From Squalus acanthias (taxonomy: Eukaryota), in assembly GCA_030390025.1 (NCBI GenBank), contig JASTWF010000354.1, forward strand, positions 124,001-188,000: a stretch of DNA of 64,000 nt, written 5' to 3'. The notes beneath the pieces are model-generated. The model had not been told where the DNA came from. It saw nothing but the letters and a program-made list of their open reading frames with translations, and did not search any database. The translations under genes and the position numbers were made by a program. Shown here piece after piece: positions 18,001-33,665 of this stretch (position 1 is its first letter; each line of letters begins with the position of its first letter).

Positions 18001-21000
18001 AAAATACAATTATATCACAATATAATTATATCACACTACAATTTTATCACACTACAATTATATCACACTGCAATTATATCACAATACAATTATATTACAC
18101 TACAATTATATCACACTGCAATTATATCACAATACAATTATATCACACTACAATTATATCACAATACAATTATATCACACTGCAATTATATCACAATACA
18201 ATTATATCACACTGCAATTATATCACAATACAATTATATCACACTGCAATTATATCACAATATAATTATATCACACAGCAATTATATCACACTACAGTTA
18301 TATAACAATACAATTTTATCACACTACAATTATATCACACTGCAATTATATCACAATACAATTATATCACACTGCAAATATATCAAACTACAATTATATC
18401 ACAAGACAATTATATCACACTGCAATTATATCACACTGCAATTATATCACAATACAATTATATCACAATACAACTATATCACACTGCAATTATATCACAC
18501 TGCAATTATATCACACTGCAATTATATCACGATACAATTATATCACAATACAACTATATCACACTGCAATTATATCACACTGCAATTATATCACAATACA
18601 GTTATATCACACTGCAATTATATCAAAATACAATTATTACACGCTACAATTATATCACACGACAATTATATCACCCTGCAATTATATCACACTACAATTG
18701 TATCACAATACAATTCTATCACAATACAATTATTTCACACTACAGTTATATAACACTACAATTATATCACACTACAATTATATCACACTGCAATTCTATC
18801 GCATTACAATTATATCACACTGCAATTATTTTACACAACAATTATATCATGCTACAATTATATCACAGTGCAATTATATCACAATACAATTGTATCACAC
18901 TGCAATTATATCACACTGCAATAATATCACAATACAATTATATCACACTGCAATTATATCACACTACAATTATATCACACTGCAATTATATCACACTGCA
19001 ATAATATCACACTGCAATTATATCACACTGCAATTATATCACACTGCAATTACATCAAAATACAGTTATATCACACTGCAATTATATCACAATACAATTA
19101 CATCACACTGCAATTATATAACACTACAATTATATCACCCTGCAATTATATAACACTACAATTGTATCACACTACATTTATATCACAACTGCAATTGTAT
19201 CACAATACAATTATATCACACTGCAATTATTTTACACAACACTTATATCACGCTACAATTATATCACACTGCAATTATATCACACTGCAATTATATCACA
19301 CTGCAATTATATCACACTACAATTATATCACACTGCAACTATATCACACTGCAACTTTAGCATAATACAATAATATCACACTGCAATTATATCATTTTAC
19401 AATTATATCAAACTACAATTATATCACAATACAATTATATCGCACTACAATTATATCACTACAGAATTATATCACACTACATTTATATCACACTGCAATT
19501 ATATTACAATACAATTATATCACACTGCAATTATATCACAATACAATTATATCACACTGCAATTATATCACACTGCAATTATATCACACTGCAATTATAT
19601 CACACTGCAATTATATCACACTGCAACTATATCACACTGCAATTATATCACACTGCAATTGTATCACACTGCAATTATATCACACTGCAATTATATCACA
19701 GTGCAATTATATCACACTGCAATTATATCACACTGCAACTATATCACACTGCAATTATATCACACTACAATTATATCACACTGCAATTATATCACACTGC
19801 AATAATATCACACTGCAATTATATCACACTGCAATTATATCACACTGCAATTACATCAAAATACAGTTATATCACACTGCAATTATATCACAATACAATT
19901 ACATCACACTGCAATTATATAACACTACAATTATATCACCCTGCAATTATATAACACTACAATTGTATCACACTACATTTATATCACAACTGCAATTGTA
20001 TCACAATACAATTATATCACACTGCAATTATTTTACACAACACTTATATCACGCTACAATTATATCACACTGCAATTATATCACACTGCAATTATATCAC
20101 ACTGCAATTATATCACACTACAATTATATCACACTGCAACTATATCACACTGCAACTTTAGCATAATACAATAATATCACACTGCAATTATATCATTTTA
20201 CAATTATATCAAACTACAATTATATCACAATACAATTATATCGCACTACAATTATATCACTACAGAATTATATCACACTACATTTATATCACACTGCAAT
20301 TATATTACAATACAATTATATCACACTGCAATTATATCACAATACAATTATATCACACTGCAATTATATCACACTGCAATTATATCACACTGCAATTATA
20401 TCACACTGCAATTATATCACACTGCAACTATATCACACTGCAATTATATCACACTGCAATTGTATCACACTGCAATTATATCACACTGCAATTATATCAC
20501 AGTGCAATTATATCACACTGCAATTATATCACACTGCAACTATATCACACTGCAATTATATCACACTGCAATTATATCACACTACAATTATATCACACTG
20601 CAATTATATCACACTGCAATTATATCACACTGCAATTATATCACACTACAATTATATCACACTGCAATTATATCGCACTACAATTATATCACTATAGAAT
20701 TATATCACACTACATTTATATCACACTGCAATTATATTACAATACAATTATATCACACTGCAATTATATCACAATACAATTATATCACACTGCAATTATA
20801 TCACACTGCAATTATATCACACGGCAATTATATCACACTACAATTATATCACACTGCAATTATATCACACTGCAATTATATCACACTGCAATTATATCAC
20901 ACTACAATTATATCCCACTGCAAATATATCACACTGCAATTATATCACACTGCAATTATATCACACTGCAATTATATCACACTGCAATTATATCACACTG

Positions 21001-24000
21001 CAATTATATCACACTGCAATTATATCACACTGCAATTATATCACACTGCAATTATATCACACTGCAATTATATCACACTGCAATTATATCACACTACAAT
21101 TATATCCCACTGCAAATATATCACACTGCAATTATATCACAATACAATTATATCACACTGCAAATATATCAAACTACAATTATATCACAAGACAATTATA
21201 TCCCACTACAATTATATCACACTGCAATTATATCACACTACAATTATATCACACTGCAAATATATCAAACTACAATTATATCACAAGACAATTATATCAC
21301 ACTGCAATTATATCACACTGCAATTATATCACAATACAATTATATCACAATACAACTATATCACACTGCAATTATATCACACTGCAATTATATCACAATA
21401 CAATTATATCACACTGCAATTATATCACACTGCAATTATATCGCAATACAATTATATCACACTGCAATTATATCACACTGCAATTATATCACACTGCAAT
21501 TATATCACAATACAATTATATCACACTGCAATTATATCACAATACAATTATATCACAATACAATTATATCACACTGCAATTATATCACACTACAATTATA
21601 TCACAATACAATTATATCACACTACAATTATATCACACTACAATTATATCACAATACAATTATATCAAGATACAATTATATCACAATACAATTATATCAC
21701 ACTGCAATTATATCACACTGCAATTATATCACAATACAATACAATTATATCACACTGCAATTATATCACAATACAATTATCTCACAATACAATTATATCA
21801 CACTACAATTATATCACACTGCAATTATATCACAATACAATTATATCACTATACAAATACCTCACAATACAATGATATCACGCTACAATTATATCACACT
21901 GCAATGATATCATAATACAATTATATCACACTGCAATTATATCACAATACAATTATATCACATTACAATTATATCACACTACAATTATATCACAATACAA
22001 TTATATCACACTACAATTATACCATACTGCAATAATATCACAAGACAATTATATCACACTGCAATTATATCACACTGCAATTATATCACACTGCAATTAT
22101 ATCACACTGCAATTATATCACCATACAAATATATCACACTGCAATTATATCACACTACAATTATATCACAATACAATTATATCACGCTGCAATTATATCA
22201 CACTACAATTATATCACAATACAATCATATCACACTACAATTATATCACACTACAATTATATCACGCTGCAATTATATCACACTACAAATATACCACACT
22301 GCAATTATATCACACTACAATGATATCACACTGCAATTATATTATACAATTATATCACACTGCAATTATATCACAATACAATTATTTCACACTGCAATTA
22401 TATCACAATGCAATTATATCACAATACAATTATATCACTCTGCAATTATATCACACTGCAATTATATCACACTGCAATTATATCACACTGCAATTATATC
22501 ACACTGCAATTATAACAAAATACATTTATATCACAATATAATTATATCACACTACAATTTTATCACACTGCAATTATATCACACTACAATTATATCACCC
22601 TGCAATTATATCACACTACAATTGTATCACACTACATTTATATCACAACTGCAATTGTATCACAATACAATTATATCACACTGCAATTATTTTACACAAC
22701 ACTTATATCACGCTACAATTATATCACACTGCAATTATATCACACTGCAATTATATCACACTGCAATTATATCACACTGCAACTATATCACACTGCAACT
22801 TTAGCATAATACAATAATATCACACTGCAATTATATCATTTTACAATTATATCAAAATACAATTATATCACAATACAATTATATCGCACTACAATTATAT
22901 CACTACAGAATTATATCACACTACATTTATATCACACTGCAATTATATTACAATACAATTATATCACACTGCAATTATATCACAATACAATTATATCACA
23001 CTGCAATTATATCACACTGCAATTATATCACACTGCAATTATATCACACTGCAATTATATCACACTGCAACTATATCACACTGCAATTATAGCACACTGC
23101 AATTGTATCACACTGCAATTATATCACACTGCAATTATATCACAGTGCAATTATATCACACTGCAATTATATCACACTGCAACTATATCACACTGCAATT
23201 ATATCACACTGCAATTATATCACACTACAATTATATCACACTGCAATTATATCACACTGCAATTATATCACACTACAATTATATCCCACTGCAAATATAT
23301 CACACTGCAATTATATCACACTGCAACTTTAGCATAATACAATAATATCACACTGCAATTATATCATTTTACAATTATATCAAACTACAATTATATCACT
23401 ATAGAATTATATCACACTACATTTATATCACACTAAAACTATATTACAATACAATTATATCACACTGCAATTATATCACAATACAATTATATCACACTGC
23501 AATTATATCACACTGCAATTATATCACACGGCAATTATATCACACTACAATTAAATCACACTGCAATTATATCACACTACAATTATATCACACTGCAATT
23601 ATATCACACTGCAATTATATCACACTGCAATTATATCACACTACAATTATATCACACTGCAATTATATCACACTGCAATTATATCACACTGCAATTATAT
23701 CATTTCACAATTATATCCCACTGCAAATATATCACACTGCAATTATATCACACTACAATTATATCACACTGCAATTATATCACACTACAATTATATCACA
23801 CTGCAAATATATCAAACTACAATTCTATCACAAGACAATTATATCACACTGCAATTATATCACACTGCAATTATATCACAATACAATTATATCACAATAC
23901 AACTATATCACACTGCAATTATATCACACTGCAATTATATCACAATACAATTATATCACAATACAACTATATCAAACTGCAACTATATCACACTGCAATT

Positions 24001-27000
24001 ATATCGCAATACAATTATATCACACTGCAATTATATCACACTGCAATTATATCACACTGCAATTATATCACAATACAATTATATCACACTGCAATTATAT
24101 CACAATACAATTATATCACAATACAATTATATCACACTGCAATTATATCACACTACAATTATATCACAATACAATTATATCACACTACAATTATATCACA
24201 CTACAATTATATCACAATACAATTATATCAAGATACAATTATATCACAATACAATTATATCACACTGCAATTATATCACACTGCAATTATATCACAATAC
24301 AATACAATTATATCACACTGCAATTATATCACAATACAATTATCTCACAATACAATTATATCACACTACAATTATATCATACTGCAATTATATCACAATA
24401 CAATTATATCACTGTACAAATACATCACAATACAATGATATCACGCTACAATTATATCACACTGCAATGATATCATAATACAATTATATCACACTGCAAT
24501 TATATCACAATACAATTATATCACGTTACAATTATATCACACTACAATTATATCACAATACAATTATATCACACTACAATTATACCATACTGCAATAATA
24601 TCACAAGACAATTATATCACACTGCAATTATATCACACTGCAATTATATCACACTGCAATTATATCACACTGCAATTATATCACCATACAAATATATCAC
24701 ACTACAATTATATCACACTACAATTATATCACAATACAATTATATCACGCTGCAATTATATCACACTACAATTATATCACAATACAATCATATCACACGA
24801 CAATTATATCACACTACAATTATATCACACTACAATTATATCACAATACAATCATATCACACTACAATTATATCACGCTGCAATTATATCACACTACAAA
24901 TATACCACACTGCAATTATATCACACTACAATGATATCACACTGCAATAAAATTATACAATTATATCACACTGCAATTATATCACAATACAATTATATCA
25001 CACTGCAATTATATCACAATGCAATTATATCACAATACAATTATATCACTCTGCAATTATATCACACTGCAATTATATCACACTGCAATTATATCACACT
25101 GCAATTATATCACACTGCAATTATAACAAAATACATTTATATCACAATATAATTATATCACACTACAATTTTATCACACTACAATTATATCACACTGCAA
25201 TTATATCACTATACAATTATATTACACTACAATTATATCACACTGCAATTATATCACAATACAATTATATCACACTACAATTATATCACAATACAATTAT
25301 ATCACACTGCAATTATATCACAATACAATTATATCACACTGCAATTATATCACACTACAATTATACCACACTGCAATTATATCACACTACAATGATATCA
25401 CACTGCAATTATATTATACAATTATATCACACTGCAATTATATTACAATACAATTATATCACACTGCAATTATATCACAATGTAATTATATCACAATACA
25501 ATTATATCACTCTGCAATTATATCACACTGCAATTATATCACTCTGCAATTATATCACATTGCAATTATATCACACTGCAATTATATCACAATACAATTA
25601 TATCACACTGCAATTATATCACAATACAATTATATCACACTGCAATTATATCACAATATAATTATATCACACAGCAATTATATCATACTACAGTTATATA
25701 ACAATACAATTATATCACACTACAATTATATAATACAAATATATCACACTTCAATTGTATCACAATACAATTATATCACACTGCAATTATATAACACTGC
25801 AATTATATCACAATACAATTATATCACAATTCAATTATATAACGCTGCAATTATATCACAATACAATTATATCACAATACAATTATAACACACTGTAATT
25901 ATTTCACACTACAATTATATCACACTACAATTATATCACACTACAGTTATAACACAATACAATTATATCATACTACAATTATATAACACTACAATGATAT
26001 CACACGACAATTATCTCACAATACAATTGTATCACACTACAATTATATCACACTACAATTATATCGCACTGCAAATATATCACAATACAATTGTATCAAA
26101 CTACAATTATATCACACTACAATTATATCACACTACAATTCTGTCACAATACAAATATATCACACTACAAGTATATCACAATACAATTATATCACAATAC
26201 AATTATATCACGCTGCAATTATATCACACTGCAATTATATCACACTGCAATTATATCACAATACAATTATATCACACTACAATTATATCACACTACAATT
26301 ATATCACAATACAATTATATCACACTGCAATTATATCACACTGCAATAATATCACAAGACAATTATATCACACTGCAACTATATCTCACTGCAATTATAT
26401 CACACTACAGTAATATAACAATACAATTATATCACACTACAATTATAAAATACAAATATATCACACTTCAATTATATCACAATACAATTATATCACAATA
26501 CAATTATATAACACTGCAATTATATCACAATACAATTATATCACAATTCAATTATATCACGCTGCAATTATATCACAATACAATTATAGCACACTACAAT
26601 TATATCACAATTCAATAATATCACAAATCAATTTTATCACAATACAATTATATCACAATACAATTATAACACACTGTAATTATTTCACACTACAATTATA
26701 TCACACTACAATTATATCACACTACAATTATAACACAATACAATTATATCATACTACAATTATATAACACTACAATTATATCACACGACAATTATATCAC
26801 AATACAATTGTATCACACTACAATTATATCACACTACAATTATATCGCACTGCAAATATATCACAATACAATTGTATCAAACTACAATTATATCACACTA
26901 CAATTATATCACACTACAATTCTGTCACAATACAAATATATCACACTACAAGTATATCACAATACAATTATATCACAATACAATTATATCACGCTGCAAT

Positions 27001-30000
27001 TATATCACACTGCAATTATATCACACTGCAATTATATCACAGTACAATTATATCACACTACAATTATATCACACTACAATTATATCACACTACAATTATA
27101 TCACAATACAATTTTATCACACTTCAATTATATCACACTGCAATAATATCACAAGACAATTATATCACACTGCAACTATATCTCACTGCAATTATATCAC
27201 ACTGCAATTATATCACAATACAATTATATCACAATACAATTATATCAGACTTCAATTATATCACACTGCAATTATATCACAATACAATTATATCACAATA
27301 CAATTATATCACACTGCAATTATATCACAAGACAATTATATCACAATACAATTATATCACACTGCAATTATATCACAATACAATTATATCACACTGCAAT
27401 TATATCACACTGCAATTATATCACAATACAGTTATATCACACTACAATTTTATCACACTACAATTATATCACACTGCAATTATATCACAATACAATTATA
27501 TTACACTACAATTATATCACACTGCAATTATATCACAATACAATTATATCACACTACAATTATATCACAATACAATTATATCACACTGCAATTATATCAC
27601 AATACAATTATATCACACTGCAATTATATCACAATACAATTATATCACACTGCAATTATATCACAATATAATTATATCACACAGCAATTATATCACACTA
27701 CAGTTATATAACAATACAATTATATCACACTACAATTATATAATACAAATATATCACACTTCAATTATATCACAATACAATTATATCACAATACAATTAT
27801 ATAACACTGCAATTATATCACAATACAATTATATCACAATTCAATTATATCACGCTGCAATTATATCACAATACAATTATAGCACACTACAATTATATCA
27901 CAATTCAATAATATCACAAATCAATTTTATCACAATACAATAATATCACAATACAATTATAACACACTGTAATTATTTCACACTACAATTATATCACACT
28001 ACAATTATATCACACTACAATTATAACACAATACAATTATATCATACTACAATTATATAACACGACAATTATATCACACAACAATTATATCACACTACAA
28101 TTCTGTCACAATACAAATATATCAATCTACAAGTATATCACAATACAATTATATCACAATACAAATATATCACACTGCAATTATATCACAATTCAATTAT
28201 ATCACAATACAATTATATCACACGACAATTATATCACATGACAATTATATCACACTGCAATTATATCACACTACAATTATATCACAATACAATTATATCA
28301 CTCTACAATTATATCACACTGCAATTATTTCACACTGCAATTATATCCTAATACAATTATATCACACTGCAATTATATCACAATACAATTATATCACACT
28401 ACAATTATATCACACTACAATTATATCACACTGCAATTATATCACACTGCAATTATATCACACTACAATTAAATCACATTACAATTATATCACAATACAA
28501 TTATATCACACTGCAATTATATCACTCTACAATTATATCACACTGCAATTATATCATTTCACAATTGTATCACAAGGCAATTATATCACACTGCAATTAT
28601 ATCACAATACAATTATATCACACTACAATTATATTACTCTGCAATTATATCACAAGACAATTATATCACACTGCAATTATATCATAATACAATTATATCA
28701 CACTGCAATTATATCACATTGCAATTATATCACACTGCAATTATATCACACTGCAATTATATCACACTGCAATTATATCATAATAAAATTATATCACACT
28801 GCAATTATATCACAATACAATTACATCACTACAATTATATCACAATACAATTATATCACACTGCAATTATATCACACTGCAATTATATCACAATACAATT
28901 ATATCACACTGCAATTATATCACACTGCAATTATATCACAATACAATTATATCACACTGCAATTATTTCACACTGCAATTATATCACACTGCAATTGTAA
29001 CAAAATACAATTATATCACAATATAATTATATCACAATACAATTGTATCACACTACAATTATATCACACTACAATTATATCGCACTGCAAATATATCACA
29101 ATACAATTGTATCAAACTACAATTATATCACACTACAATTATATCACACTACAATTCTGTCACAATACAAATATATCACACTACAAGTATATCACAATAC
29201 AATTATATCACAATACAATTATATCACGCTGCAATTATATCACACTGCAATTATATCACACTGCAATTATATCACAGTACAATTATATCACACTACAATT
29301 ATATCACACTACAATTATATCACACTACAATTATATCACAATACAATTTTATCACACTTCAATTATATCACACTGCAATAATATCACAAGACAATTATAT
29401 CACACTGCAACTATATCTCACTGCAATTATATCACACTGCAATTATATCACAATACAATTATATCACAATACAATTATATCAGACTTCAATTATATCACA
29501 CTGCAATTATATCACAATACAATTATATCACAATACAATTATATCACACTGCAATTATATCACAAGACAATTATATCACAATACAATTATATCACACTGC
29601 AATTATATCACAATACAATTATATCACACTGCAATTATATCACACTGCAATTATATCACAATACAGTTATATCACACTGCAATTATTTCACACTGCAATT
29701 ATATCACACTGCAATTGTAACAAAATACAATTATATCACAATATAATTATATCACACTACAATTTTATCACACTACAATTATATCACACTGCAATTATAT
29801 CACAATACAATTATATTACACTACAATTATATCACACTGCAATTATATCACAATACAATTATATCACACTACAATTATATCACAATACAATTATATCACA
29901 CTGCAATTATATCACAATACAATTATATCACACTGCAATTATATCACAATACAATTATATTACACTGCAATTATATCACAATATAATTATATCACACAGC

Positions 30001-33000
30001 AATTATATCACACTACAGTTATATAACAATACAATTATATCACACTACAATTATATAATACAAATATATCACACTTCAATTATATCACAATACAATTATA
30101 TCACAATACAATTATATAACACTGCAATTATATCACAATACAATTATATCACAATTCAATTATATCACGCTGCAATTATATCACAATACAATTATAGCAC
30201 ACTACAATTATATCACAATTCAATAATATCACAAATCAATTTTATCACAATACAATAATATCACAATACAATTATAACACACTGTAATTATTTCACACTA
30301 CAATTATATCACACTACAATTATATCACACTACAATTATAACACAATACAATTATATCATACTACAATTATATAACACGACAATTATATCACACAACAAT
30401 TATATCACAATACAATTGTATCACACTGCAATTACATCACGCTGCAATTATATCACACTACAATTCTGTCACAATACAAATATATCAATCTACAAGTATA
30501 TCACAATACAATTATATCACAATACAAATATATCACACTGCAATTATATCACAATTCAATTATATCACAATACAATTATATCACACGACAATTATATCAC
30601 ATGACAATTATATCACACTGCAATTATATCACACTACAATTATATCACAATACAATTATATCACTCTACAATTATATCACACTGCAATTATTTCACACTG
30701 CAATTATATCCTAATACAATTATATCACACTGCAATTATATCACAATACAATTATATCACACTACAATTATATCACACTACAATTATATCACACTGCAAT
30801 TATATCACACTGCAATTATATCACACTACAATTAAATCACATTACAATTATATCACAATACAATTATATCACACTGCAATTATATCACTCTACAATTATA
30901 TCACACTGCAATTATATCATTTCACAATTGTATCACAAGGCAATTATATCACACTGCAATTATATCACAATACAATTATATCACACTACAATTATATTAC
31001 TCTGCAATTATATCACAAGACAATTATATCACACTGCAATTATATCATAATACAATTATATCACACTGCAATTATATCACATTGCAATTATATCACACTG
31101 CAATTATATCACACTGCAATTATATCACACTGCAATTATATCATAATAAAATTATATCACACTGCAATTATATCACAATACAATTACATCACTACAATTA
31201 TATCACAATACAATTATATCACACTGCAATTATATCACACTGCAATTATATCACAATACAATTATATCACACTGCAATTATATCACAATACAATTATATC
31301 ACACTACAATTATATCACAATACAATTATACCACGCTGCAATGATATCACAATACAATTATATCACACATCAATTATATCACACTTCAATTGTATCGCAA
31401 TACAATTCTATCACAATACAATTATATCGCACTGCAATTATATCACAATACAATTATATCACACTGCAATTATATCACAGTACAATGATATCACACTGCA
31501 ATTATTTTACACAACAATTATATCACGCTACAATTATAGCACACTACAATTATATCACACTACAATTATATCACAATTCAATTATATCACACAGCAATTT
31601 TATCACCATACAATTATATCACAATACAATTATATCACACTACAATGATATCACACTGCAATGATATCACACGGCAATGATATCATACTACAATTATATC
31701 ACACTGCAATTATATCACAATGCAATTATATCACACTACAATGATATCACACTACAATTATAACACACTACAATTTAATCACAATACAATTATATCACAC
31801 TACAATTATATCACACTACAATTATAACACTACAATTATATCACACTGCAATTATTTCACGCTACATTTATATCACAATACAATTATATCACGCTGCAAT
31901 TATATCACAATACAATTATATCACTCTACAATTATATCACACTACAATTATATCACACTGCAATTTTTTCACGCTACAATGATATCACAATACAATTATA
32001 ACACACTACAATTTAATCACAATACAATTATATCACACTACAATTATATCACACTACAATTATAACACTACAATTATATCACACTGCAATTATTTCACAC
32101 TACATTTATATCACAATACAATTATATCACGCTGCAATTATATCACAATACAATTATATCACTCTACAATTATATCACAATACAATTATATCACACTGCA
32201 ATTATATCACACTGCAATTATATCACAATACAATTATATAACAATACAATTATATCACACTACAATTATATCACACTACAATTATATCGCACTGCAAATA
32301 TATCACAATACAATTGTATCACACTACAATTATATCAAACTACAATTCTGTCACAATACAATTATATCACACTACAAGCATATCACAATACAATTATATC
32401 ACAATACAATTATATCACACTACAATCATATCACACAGCAATTATATCACGCTGCAATTATATCACACTGCAATTATATCACAATACAATTATATCACAC
32501 TACAATTATATTACACTACAATTATATCACACTGCAATTATATCACACTACAATTATATCACACTACAATTATAACACAATACAATTATATCATACTACA
32601 ATTATATAACACGACAATTATATCACACGACAATTATATCACAATACAATTGTATCACACTGCAATTACATCACGCTGCAATTATATCACACTACAATTC
32701 TGTCACAATACAAATATATCAATCTACAAGTATATCACAATACAATTATATTACAATACAAATATATCACACTGCAATTATATCACAATTCAATTATATC
32801 ACAATACAATTATATCACACTACAATTATATCACATGACAATTATATCACACTGCAATTATATCACACTACAATTATATCACAATACAATTATATCACAC
32901 TACAATTATATCACACTGCAATTTTATCACACTGCAATTATATCCTAATACAATTATATCACACTGCAATTATATCACAATACAATTATATCACACTACA

Positions 33001-33566
33001 ATTATATCACACTACAATTATATCACACTGCAATTATATCACACTGCAATTATATCACACTACAATTAAATCACAATACAATTATATCACAATACAATTA
33101 TATCACACTGCAATTATATCACTCTACAATTATATCACACTGCAATTATATCATTTCACAATTGTATCACAAGGCAATTATATTACACTACAATTATATC
33201 ACACTGCAATTATATCACAGTGCAGTTATATCATAATATAATAATATCACACTGCAATTATATCACACTACAATTATATCACACTGCAATTATATCATTT
33301 TACAATTATATCACACTGCAATTATATCACACTGCAATTAAATCACAATACAATTATATCACACTACAATTATATCACACTGCAATTATATCACAAGACA
33401 ATTATATCACACTGCAATTATATCACACTGCAATTATATCATAATACAATTATATCACACTGCAATTATATCACACTGCAATTATATCACAATACAATTA
33501 CATCACGCTACAATTATATCACACTGCAATTATATCACAATACAATTATATCACAATGCAATTATA
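1..33566. repeat. 16-bp tandem satellite, left block (consensus CAATTATATCACACTG; major variants end in ACTA and AATA)
   Basis: Continuous head-to-tail 16-bp monomers read directly from the sequence, with occasional 13-, 17- and 21-bp indel monomers. The array continues beyond the window start. Confidence 0.99.
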
Positions 33567-33587
33567 CATAGATACATAGATACATAG
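33564..33587 (-). repeat. CR1 3'-terminal octamer tail (CTATGTAT)x3
   Basis: The + strand reads ATACATAG three times at 33564-33587. CR1 elements end in short 8-bp tandem repeats rather than poly(A). Confidence 0.9.
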
Positions 33588-33593
33588 AAGATA

Positions 33594-33632
33594 GGAGCAG
33601 GAGTAGGCCATCCGGCCCTTCGAGCCTGCTCC
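33594..33632 (-). other. CR1 3' UTR stem-loop (putative RT-recognition element)
   Basis: Inverted repeat GGAGCAGG (33594-33601) / CCTGCTCC (33625-33632) encloses an inner GGCC-N4-GGCC hairpin (33606-33617), just upstream of the tail on the element strand. Confidence 0.75.
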
Positions 33633-33665
33633 GCCATTTAATGAGATCATGGCTGATCCTCCAAT

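Noticed and set aside
1..33566. CRISPR-like regular repeats
   Set aside because: Monomers abut directly with no unique spacers, there are no cas genes, and the context is eukaryotic retroelements.
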